Both the position numbers and the translations under genes were made by a program. Of a stretch of 64,000 nt of DNA, positions 52,501 through 64,000 are shown piece after piece (position 1 is the stretch's first letter; each line of letters begins with the position of its first letter). Where the stretch lies: positions 12,135,009 to 12,199,008 of the forward strand of contig MU058781.1 in NCBI GenBank assembly GCA_013265495.1, given 5' to 3'. A model generated the notes under the pieces. It was given only the letters and a program-made list of their open reading frames with translations, was not told the origin of the DNA and ran no database searches. The DNA comes from Vicugna vicugna. Lineage: Eukaryota.

Positions 52501-53368
52501 TTACTCTGTCAATCACTTATATTAGCATTCTTTGACTTTAAATTTTCACATCTTAATTTTTAATGCCAAGTTCTAAACAAATATCTGCAATTTTCTTGTT
52601 TTCAAACTTTTTCCTCTTTTGTGCCCTCTTCATTCGCATGCCCTATTTACATACATTAATTCATCACGACTGGCTTTTTCATGACTTGATGGTCCCTAAT
52701 CAACATTATGTACTTTGTTCTTAACTTACAGAGCCCTATACCTTTCTACCTACCTGCTTTCTGTCTTATGTGTAGATCTCAAGTGTAACCAGGGTTTTAA
52801 TAGCCAGTGAAATTTTTTCCTGCGATAAGGCAAGCTTGAATTTTCTGTATCTTTATGGTAGCGTAACTATTCAATTGTTTTCTAGTTCTTGTTTACAATT
52901 CAGACCAACTGAAACCATCTTTTAATTTAAATCCTTTGAAAAATTGGACCAGTCACTTCAAGTTTACACCTTGTCACACTCCTGCCTCTAGTGAAACACT
53001 AGTGACCCTCCCCCACATATACCATCACGCTTTTCTGACGTATCTTACCTGTTAAACGTTTTAAAACATGTTAAGGCATACGTATCAAATACTGACTCAT
53101 TAAAATGAGCCTTAAATTAGGATACTGAAATGCTTAAAATTTGCTCCTTCCCCCTGACCAACACTTTTGAGGGTCCATACACTTTTTACCCTTCAGCAGT
53201 GTTGAAACTTGAAAACAGCTTCCGCCTATCTCAGATACTAGAATCAATGTTTAAGCACTAACTTTACAAAAGATTAATAGTTAAGAGGTTTTTGGCAGCC
53301 TATTACTGGAAAATTACACCATCACAGCCTTTAACAGCTTAGGCACAGCCCTCAATGATAGCTTAAGT

Positions 53369-53384
53369 GGCTCTGAAAAGAGCC
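53369..53384 (-). terminator. Histone 3' stem-loop of H2A copy 1
   Basis: Reverse complement reads GGCTCTTTTCAGAGCC, preceded by CCAAA. Confidence 0.95.
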
Positions 53385-53442
53385 TTTGGCTGCTGTTTCT
53401 TCGCCAGACGCTCAGGTTGCTCATCAGGATTCTCCACTTAGA

Positions 53443-54160
<718 letters not shown>

Positions 54161-54544
54161 ATGCCGGAGTTGCCTTCAAAGGGCGCTACGGTTTCTAAGA
54201 AAGGCTTTAAGAAAGCTGCAACCAAGACTCAGAAGAAAGAAGGAAAAAAGCGCAAGAGATGTCGCAAAGAGAGCTATTCAATTTACATCTACAAGGTGCT
54301 GAAGCAAGTTCACCCTGATACCGGTATTTCTTCAAGGGCTATGAGCATCATGAATTCCTTCGTCACTGATATCTTTGAACGCATTGCTGGGGAGGCGTCG
54401 CGCTTAACACATTATAACAAGCACTCGACCATCACGTCCCGGGAGATCCAGACGGCCGTGCGCCTGCTACTGCCCGGGGAGCTGGCCAAGCACGCCGTGT
54501 CCGAGGGCACCAAGGCTGTTACCAAGTACACCAGCTCCAAGTAA
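54161..54544 (+). CDS. H2BC1: Histone H2B type 1-A (H2B.1 / TH2B), 127 aa
   Basis: ATG at 54161; TH2B-type tail [18 protein letters not shown]...[15 protein letters not shown]. Confidence 0.92.
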   Translation: MPELPSKGATVSKKGFKKAATKTQKKEGKKRKRCRKESYSIYIYKVLKQVHPDTGISSRAMSIMNSFVTDIFERIAGEASRLTHYNKHSTITSREIQTAVRLLLPGELAKHAVSEGTKAVTKYTSSK

Positions 54545-54580
54545 ACTTGCTAAGTAAGCGTTTTTTTCTTCTAACCCAAA

Positions 54581-54620
54581 GGCTCTTTTCAGAGCCACTT
54601 ACCTTCTTGAGAAAGAGCTG
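54581..54620 (+). terminator. Histone stem-loop and HDE of H2B copy 1
   Basis: GGCTCTTTTCAGAGCC at 54581-54596; AAAGAGCTG at 54612. Confidence 0.95.
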
Positions 54621-56591
54621 TGAGCTTGTTTCCTGACCAGAGTACTTGTGTTGTTGGTAAGCTTTATTAGGTTAACAGCATTGTGAGTGACTTCCATGCA
54701 AAATGCCCCCACAAGTCCCGATTCTCTTGATAGTTCAAGGCATAGAAGTTCTCTAAGAACCTTTTGGAAATCTTTGGTTAAATGCACATAGTGATTCCTT
54801 TGTAACAACAAACTATGAACAACGTCCAAGACACTTTAACTATGAAATGTTACTATGCTTTAAAACATCTTGTGAAAAGCTTGTATCTGGAGAGACCTTG
54901 GGATATTGATGCTGTTCTACACACTATGCATGAGAATTTGGGTCCTGTAGGGCAGCCTAGCTGTCCTATAAAGCTTAAAAGGTTTGAGACTCAGAATTTC
55001 TTGGCCTGACAACCCTGGAATGTGGGAATGTTAACCATTGTCTACGTACTTCACTTCAGAACCCAACAATCTGGCTAACCCTAATTGACTGATAAACGTT
55101 CTTGATCACTTGCTGGACTAGTAAAAATTCTCGTTGATCACTTGCTGGTACATTGAATCACTATAAATGATGCCTGTCCAATATTACTTGAACCACCTGG
55201 GCTCTGCTCAGAGCAAGCATAAAACATCAGCAGTAAAACTGTTCAGAGCTCTGGCTCCCACTAGCTGCAGTTACTACTCTTCTGAACTGGCTTTACCCAC
55301 GTGCTGGTGCTGGTACAGTGTTCACATAGGCCAAAGTTGTGGCTGGAAGATGAGTATTTCCCTGGGTTCCCACTTGAGAGCAAGTAAACCTTCCCTAGAG
55401 GACATCCTCGTTCCTTTTCTAAACCTGGGCCTGGTCTTAAATGCTGCTTGCATCATTGACCTGTAAGGAACTAGGACCATGGGATTGATGTGGGTCAGTT
55501 TATTTCTAAAGCATCTCATCAAATGTAGTTCTAGGTATTTTGGTTTTGTTCCTATAAATGGGTGTTATATTTCATTTTGCAGCATTTTCATACAACAGTA
55601 CTGTCTCTATGTGCACTTGATACCTTACTATATCAGAATTTCCACGTTGGCTTTCTGATATAATTCTGTTGAGTTTTACATGTTTGAAGTAACATCTGAA
55701 AATAGTAAACATCATACTGCCTCTTTCTAAGTAGTTCACTCCTAATTTTTTATTTCAATGCCTCATATCTCCATAATGACTTTAAATAGGGTGGGCATTC
55801 TTGTTTTATCACTCACCTTTCTGAGGATCTCCACTATTCATTAGATACATCTTATAATTGAGATTTCCACATCTATTTCATTGAACTGAGCCAAGAATTC
55901 ATTGAAATTAATAAAATGCCTTGTGAGAATCTTTGCAAAGTGATCACAGACCTTTAGATATACTGAGTTATTTCAAAAAACTTCCTAGAATGCTTTCATC
56001 CTTGTATTTTCGATATAAACTCGTGCTTTAGGCATGTTATTCACTTAATGTTCTGAATCTGGTTGCCAATGTATCATTTACAATTTACGTCTCAGTACTG
56101 TAATTGATCTGTTCAATGATCAGCTTTCGGTACAAACTTTACAGTTCATACTCTAGAATGGCTGGAATAGCACTAGAATTCTTTGCTTTAAAAATGGTGA
56201 AATTCCCTTTTAAAACAACTTGGTGCCCTTTTTCAGGTGAAAGTTCTTGGACAATTGTTTCAATGAAATTGTTTAAAATTAGCTAATTTGTAATTAGTTT
56301 TGGTAAATCATCTTCAATAAAATTAGATATTTTAATGATAAGCAAACTGGCCTCTAATGATTTTTATCTCCATTATAACTACAGCTGCTTTAACTTTGTA
56401 TTTTTTCCACAAACCACAGTAGTTACTGGTTAATCTTCTATCTTTAAATGTACTTGCTATTTTTCTTTTTACTCTTGCATTTGTTTTTACTGTCTTTTCC
56501 CTAATTTTCTCAATCTTTTTCATTATTTAGCTTTTGCTTACATTGGTTCACTTTTCTTCCTAGCTTCTTTAAGCAGGATGCTAACTTTAGA

Positions 56592-57480
56592 CAGTCCTTA
56601 ACATTGCATGACTTTGGTAATAAAAAATGAATTTCAGTTACCACAGTTTATATACCAGTTGCCCTAGAACAGTTCAAACGTCATTAATGATAAGTAATAA
56701 TTTACAAACTTCACTGCTGGCTCTTTCGTTCACAAGTCATGGCACAAGTAACAGTTGGACATCCTGATCTGCGGCCTAATCATGCCACTTATTTAAAAAA
56801 CTTAATGACTGGTCACTACATAAGTTACTCAGTTTATGCATGAATGGAAAACATGTAGTTTAGTTGCTTGTTTCCCAGAGAAACTTGCATGACAAATTAA
56901 CCAAGAGGGATTGGACCAACAAGATGAAAGTTACAGCAAAACAAAGTAGTAACCCTGGAAAGTGGTATTTGAATCAAATCTAAGTTTAGGAGTTACTGAA
57001 GGAATAGTTGATCAGGGCAATGTTCACACTGTTATCAAGAGACTAGCTTTGCAACTAGACAACTTAGCGAAGGGCAATCTACATAAGTATAGGAAAAAAT
57101 TGGGATAAGAAAGATGTTCCAAAGAGACATTGGCAAAATACTTCATATTAAAGGAAACCTCAGGTATTCTATGGCATTTAAAAATGCAAAGGATAAACTC
57201 TTGGAAGCTAATCCCAACTTAAACATGACAATTCAACAAGGCATAGGAAAGACGCTCACTCTGTGTAAGCTACTAAAGAGGCAAGTACCATTCAACTACA
57301 CTAATAAATAACTATCACTGTTTCAAAATTACAATGTCCTTAATATTTTTTACTTCCCTCTGATAGAAAGCAAAGGAGTTAATATTTCAATAAAAAATTT
57401 TTAAAGATGGAACAATCATGATTTTTTCCATTAGATTGTTTTGCATAGTCATTTAAGATTTCACAGTACCTGAAGGACTG
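56592..57480. mobile_element. Probable old Tigger-like DNA transposon
   Basis: Short terminal inverted repeat CAGTCCTT...AAGGACTG; degenerate interior. Confidence 0.4.
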
Positions 57481-58991
57481 ACTACATGTTTAATTTCTAA
57501 CTTAATGTAAGCACTTAATTTTTCCTTTAAGCCATACTTCATTTTATTCTCAAGTGTTCTGTAAAGATTGATTTTTCTTTAATATGAAAGATTCTGGGGA
57601 AAGTCAATTCCTTCATTCCCTACTAGAAAACTGGAAATTGCTATAAAAAGGCAAAGCAGCTGGTCAAACTCTCCTTCCTTCAGAAAGGCATACCAAGGAC
57701 CCAGGTTTAGGGAACTTGGTAATACAGAGCTTGGGATGGATGTGTTTGTGACCTCTGAAGACTAAGGTCAGAAAAATAAGAGTGAAGCTTTAATTCAAGA
57801 TAATCCATGTGAAAGCAGAGAACAGGGGGTTGAAATATTTTAAAAAAGATGTCTACTTTTTGCCCACATTTCAATCCTTGAATAATACAGGATTGGCAAG
57901 GCAGAATTTTCTGAGAAAAGGGCCACGGCAAAATTAGGGCTGTTTTAAAATATGAGGTTTGCTTTGGGAATTGGGAAAAGCAGATTCTATAGGTGCTACC
58001 ACAGGTTTGTGGGAAGCAGCAAAAATAATTTGATCCTTTATGTCATTAATTTCAATGTACTTTGTCACTAATTTCTTAATGCTTATCTGTCTGCTACGAT
58101 CTTCAGGTGATCATGACAGTAGATCTTGCAACCCAAAGTCCTGTGACTTCAATATTGGGCATCACATTTTGATAAATATTCTGTGACCCAGTCTGGAGCA
58201 TCTCAGTGTTTGTGTCCAGGAATACAAGACACAGACATCAATTTAATGATCCTATCATAAAAAAAAAAAGCAAGTGATTGTATTACAACTCAGAAGTGAT
58301 GCAAAAAGTAATTTAATGTTACTGTGTTTGCCCATTGTTGTGTTCCAGTATGAACTGTTGTCATGGCAAGATCTCCACACTCCCTTGTGAACCTGTGTTT
58401 AACAAACAGCCCAGTTTAGAGACACCTCCCTCCCCAATAAATGTACATCTGACATCAGACTCAAACTGGGCTTCCGGACTTGAATCCCAGCAGCTGTATG
58501 GCAGTTAGCCCAATCCATAGGTAGAATTTTTTCCACTCTCCAGAGAGAAACAAAACAGCCTTAGTGCTCCAATGCTAGACTTACCATCTTAATCTTTCCT
58601 CAGCTTCAGGCCCCTCTCATTGTCATCTAAAAACACTTGAAATAGGAGATAACCCAGAGAAAGGCCAGACATGTTCCATATTTACACTTAGCCCATGAAA
58701 CCAGCCTAAGGGCACTACCAGAGCTTCCTTTTTATTCATAGGGAGCTCCCTTTGAATTGCTTCACTTAGGAAACCTGAGGCTTCACTAAGAAGCAATGGG
58801 AATGATTAACATTTAGAACTTGTGTGATTGAGAAGTTATTTATCTACTTCTTATCCATACAATGGTGTAAGCAAAGGGAACTTGAGAAATAGACATACTA
58901 AATTTAACAATTTTTCACTCTAGTTATAAGACCTGCTCACATGCACTAACGAGCCAAACAAAGAGCCCACAGCCTTCTGGAAAGTTTAAGT

Positions 58992-59007
58992 GGCTCTTAA
59001 AAGAGCC
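58992..59007 (-). terminator. Histone 3' stem-loop of H2B copy 2
   Basis: Reverse complement reads GGCTCTTTTAAGAGCC, preceded by CCCAAA. Confidence 0.95.
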
Positions 59008-59044
59008 TTTGGGTTTACAAAGCTCGTCCGGTGGCTGAATCTTT

Positions 59045-59428
59045 TTACTTGGAGCTGGTGTACTTGGTGACGGCCTTGGTGCCCTCGGACACGGCGTGCT
59101 TGGCCAGCTCCCCGGGCAGCAGCAGGCGCACGGCCGTCTGGATCTCCCGGGAAGTGATGGTCGAGCGCTTGTTGTAGTGCGCCAGGCGCGACGCCTCGCC
59201 CGCGATGCGCTCGAAAATATCACTGACAAAAGAATTCATGATGCTCATGGCCTTTGAAGAGATACCGGTATCGGGGTGAACTTGCTTCAGCACCTTGTAG
59301 ATGTAAATTGAATAGCTCTCTTTGCGACATCTCTTGCGCTTTTTCCCTTCCTTCTTCTGGGTTTTAGTTACAGCATTTTTGAAGCCTTTCTTAGAAATGG
59401 TAGAGCCCTTTGAAGTCAGCTCTGGCAT
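59045..59428 (-). CDS. Second H2B.1/TH2B-like histone, 127 aa
   Basis: ATG at 59428; intact [21 protein letters not shown]...KYTSSK; TATA box and stem-loop present. Confidence 0.92.
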   Translation of the reverse strand: MPELTSKGSTISKKGFKNAVTKTQKKEGKKRKRCRKESYSIYIYKVLKQVHPDTGISSKAMSIMNSFVSDIFERIAGEASRLAHYNKRSTITSREIQTAVRLLLPGELAKHAVSEGTKAVTKYTSSK

Positions 59429-60111
<683 letters not shown>

Positions 60112-60186
60112 CATCTTACAAGTTGTAAAGCTTTAGCAAGTGGCATGAACGTCCGGAGAGAGAAAAATCTCCAAACTGAAACCAAA

Positions 60187-60226
60187 GGCTCTTTTCAGAG
60201 CCACTCACAATTTCTGAGAAAGAGCT
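60187..60226 (+). terminator. Histone stem-loop and HDE of H2A copy 2
   Basis: GGCTCTTTTCAGAGCC at 60187-60202; AAAGAGCT at 60219. Confidence 0.95.
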
Positions 60227-62060
60227 CAGGTTTACAAGATTACAAAACAGTAACTGATTCACTAGCAACAAAAAAGAATTGATCAGAACTCTTGAAACTA
60301 ACAGGACTCTGGACTCTGAAAGGAATCTAGTTCTGGTGACTGAAGCCTCTGAGAATTCACTTGAATGTGCAACAATTTTGGCAAAAGAACTGATGATCCT
60401 AGATGCATATGTTTTTCAGTACTTCAGAGTAGATAGATCAGTTATCCTAGCAGGCTGGGATGGGGAGATGCCATTCTCCTTGGGGAAAGGAGGAAACTTA
60501 GGACTGTTGTGAGAATTAACACAATTTCCAAGGAAATTAAGATACATAATCCTATTCTAGGGTTTTAATTTTAATAAGGATAGAGTTAGACTGAATGGAT
60601 TAGAAGCAAAGAAAGACTTGTAAACTGGCAGGTTGTACTCTTAGGTTTACAAAGCAGGCCTACAGAATGCCAGCAAGCAGCTAGGAAATCAGTGTGCATC
60701 AGGGCTACGCGTTCCCTCAAGTGCCTTCTAGCAAGGGATTTCCTTCCAAGATGGTCCTATATCCTGAAGTCTGTAACCATGACATGTTAAGCCAAAAGAT
60801 AAGACATAAACATTTGCCAGCTAGTTATGTGAAAAACAGTAAAAAATGAATCATAGCCTTATTTTGTAGTGTATAGGATGTATCTCAAATAAGACAAACC
60901 GTTTTGATGGTAAAATTCTAGTATCGATATTAGAGTCAGTAAGCAATGTGACGAGGTGGCTCTCTACCACCAATTATTCAGGAATGTTAGGCACTGAATT
61001 CTTCAACAGGTTTAACCACTGAGAATGAAGCAAAATATTTCGTTGATCCTTTAGCACTACATGAGTAAACACCCACAGAGTCAACTGAAAAGGAGGAAGG
61101 TAGCCAAATACAAAATTCTTATATGAAAATGAAAGCGTCAAAAATTTCCAAACATAATTCAAAAGAAAAGAAAAATCTATCCGCTTATAACTACAAAAAT
61201 TCCTTAAACACTTGTAAAGTTAAAAATTATTTTAATACTACTTTTGTCTATAAAAGTATACCCAGGCCTATAGAATTGAAGTGCTTTAAAATTACAAAGA
61301 CATGGTTTTTAAAAAAGCTATGTTAACATATTTAAAAATACTGATGAAATTTAAGAGTTTCTGGAAAAAAAAATAAATTGCTTAAACTGAACCTAGAAAG
61401 CAGTGAGGACTAAGATGAATAGGAAAAAAAATTTAAGTCATGAATGAGCTACCATCCTCAAAAATTAGGCTTCTAAGAGTGTATCCTCTTAGATATTTAA
61501 AGAAAACGTAAATCTATGACTAATGAAATGGTTCTAGATTATGAAAAATGTCTCATTTATATTTTTCAAGAAATATGAAAATCTAATGAAGAAAGTATTC
61601 CAAGTGGGGTGCAATATATCTTTTAAATATTACATAAATTGCCGTTAAATGTGAACAACTAACTCGGGCAGGCCATTACAAAATTACTAAACAATGACAA
61701 AGGGAGATCCATTTAAGAATGTGAGGTTGTTTCAATGTTGAATAAAAGCAAACTTAATTCATTTCGTAAAGTTAAAGGAAAAAAACAAATTCTTATGTTA
61801 AACTCAGGAGATGCTTAAAAAGTATTTGTTAGTATATTTAGTCAGTTTTTGTTTCTTAGTGGAATACACATAGTTGCTGTTAGCTGACTTTATCTTATCA
61901 CTATTATTTTGATATTATTCTGGACTATGTTAGACAAATCGCTTAAAGAGATGAAAAGGGTTCTGCTGCACCAGTGGAAGGAAAATAAAATAAGGTGTAA
62001 GTAACACCTGCAAGGTAATGCCTCACAATTAACTGGGAAATAATTATATTGGAAATTAGT

Positions 62061-62101
62061 GATTCTCTTCAGAGCCATCTTCACTTTCAGAGAAAGAGCT
62101 G
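62061..62101 (+). other. Orphan degenerate histone stem-loop and HDE
   Basis: GATTCTCTTCAGAGCC followed 16 nt later by AAAGAGCTG; no histone ORF upstream. Confidence 0.7.
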
Positions 62102-63169
62102 CAGTCAAGTCTCAAAAAAACAAAGAAACAAATCAAAACAAAACAACAGAAAACAGCATTTAAGTAAGTCATTTATATTCAATGGAATATTAATTGTACC
62201 TACTTCAAAATGCTAGTATTAATCTATTAGCCTCAGTTTGTGTAAACTGTTATATGAGAAATCATTAATAAATAGGACTTTTTTTGGTGAGCGATAACTG
62301 TTTTTCATTTATTTCAGAAACCCATAGCAAACACTTAGTAAAAGAAATGTAATATTCCACTGGAATCAGACTGTGGAAATACTGGGGGAGAATAGGGGGA
62401 TTAGAGACCAATGAAGTCAGGAGGAACAAGGACAAATACAGCTTGATGCTAAATCCCAGAAGGGGAAGTAAGCACATTTGATTACTCTCTAAGTGAGTAA
62501 ATAAGGAGCCCAGGGGTTAAGTGAGCAATCATGCTCTAATGCAATCTATTGTAAAAAAGTCCAAAAAGTCTTTACTGCTGTGAGTAATACATTATACAAG
62601 CATCTAATCTGGAAACAACAGCATTGATAGAATTTAAATGCACAAACTTATATTCAGTGCATAGAGTGAGTTTTCTTTCCTTTTATTTAAACTACAACAC
62701 ACATTAAGAAATGTTTTATTATATGAGCAAAATCACATTCAGAAATATACATGCATACCAAGAGCTAAAAAGAAAGTTTTCAGAAATAATATACCATTTT
62801 ATGAATTGTATTTTCTTACATGGTACAACTAAACTCATCAGTGTGTTAATCAACCAATATCTGACCATCATATATAAATAACACCCAAATAACATGATCC
62901 TGGAAATAAGGGTTAAGCTTGCTGCATCCACTGAAATATAACAATGTTATTATATCCCTGATAGTTTCCCCCTAAAAAAATATGTTAGCAAATCTGGGAT
63001 TCCCTTAATAAACCGTCTCTCACCTTTGTTCCAGGAATTTTTTTAATGGCCTGCCAGAGTTAGTTGTTCCTATTTAATGGACATTTATGGATTATTTAAA
63101 ACTTCTGATTCTCCTTAATCTTAGCCATTCAGGTTCTGCTTGGATTCTAGTTGGTATCTATGTTCTTTC

Positions 63170-63452
63170 TGGGTAATCCAGGATCTCATATTATCTCAAG
63201 GGCCCCAATAGGGCCTAAATCCAATAACAAGTGTCCTTACAAGAGACAGAAGAGATGATACACAGATTCCTGGAAGCCACCACAAACTAGAAGGGAAGCA
63301 TGAGACAAATTCTCTCCAGAGCATCCAGAAACAACTAATTCTGCCAGTACCTGATTTTGGACTTTGCCAGTATTATATGAAAGTAAATTTCTGTTGTTTT
63401 AAACTACCCAGTTGGTGGAAATTAGTTATGATAGTCACAAGAAACTAGCACA
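63170..63452 (+). mobile_element. MLT1-type LTR fragment
   Basis: CCTAAATCCAATAACAAGTGTCCTTACAAGAGA...AAATTTCTGTTGTTTTAAACTACCCAGT. Confidence 0.75.
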
Positions 63453-63454
63453 GT

Positions 63455-64000
63455 TTAAGAGGATAAAAAGACAAGTTACAGATTCAAAGAAAATAGTTGC
63501 AAAATACATAGTTGATAAAGGGCTAGTATCTAGAATATATAAAGAACTTCCAAAATTCAACAATTAAAAAAATCAGTCTAATTAGAAAATGGATAAAAAC
63601 CATGAAGGGACATTTCACCAAAAAGGATATATCAGATGGCAAATAAGCACATAAAAAGGTGTTCAATATCATATGTCATTAGGGAATTGCAAGTTACAAC
63701 CACAATGAGATACCACTATTATCTCACATCTATTAGAATGACTAAAATACAAAACACTGACAATACCAAATGCTAACCAGGAGATGGAACAACAGGAATT
63801 AATTGCTGTTTATAATATAAAATGTATAGCTACTTTGGAAGACACGGTTTCTTACAACAATAAACACTGGCTATTTAATCTGGTAATCATGCTCCTAGGT
63901 ATTCATCCAAATAAGTTTATATATACATGCACACACATACACAAAATACTTACAGCAGCTTTATTCACAACTGCCAAAAGCTGGAAGCAACCAGGATGTT
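63455..64000 (+). mobile_element. L1M ORF2 end / 3'UTR fragment
   Basis: GACATTTCACCAAAAAGGATATA...CCACAATGAGATACCACT...GGAAGCAACC. Confidence 0.85.

Noticed and set aside
54900..55330. Possible LTR downstream of H2B copy 1
   Set aside because: TATA-like and AGTAAA motifs only; ends and family could not be established by eye

Overview
Mammalian genomic DNA, probably camelid (inferred from the tRNA-derived SINE and L1 3' ends). It contains the complete 11-exon secretagogin gene (SCGN, + strand, CDS 5402-33876, 831 nt = 276 aa + stop, all GT-AG introns), about 17 kb of repeat-rich intergenic DNA, and the edge of the major replication-dependent histone cluster. The histone region has two intact divergent germline-type H2A.1/H2B.1 (TH2A/TH2B) pairs in inverted arrangement (H2A<- ->H2B ... 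H2B<- ->H2A), a decayed H2B pseudogene at about 51.2-51.6 kb, and an orphan histone stem-loop plus HDE at about 62.06 kb. Main observations: (1) an L1 3' end with an ~75-bp inverted duplication whose ~17 arm-to-arm transitions are all G.U-type, suggesting ADAR editing fixed by retrotransposition; (2) an intact second TH2A/TH2B pair whose H2A is a canonical/TH2A chimera; (3) paired Arg>His changes at one nucleosomal DNA contact, plus K15R, in pair 1; (4) an LTR with consensus octamer and CCAAT modules near TH2B promoters whose own octamers are non-consensus. Repeat family names are by eye, and comparisons with human or mouse are from memory; no searches were run.
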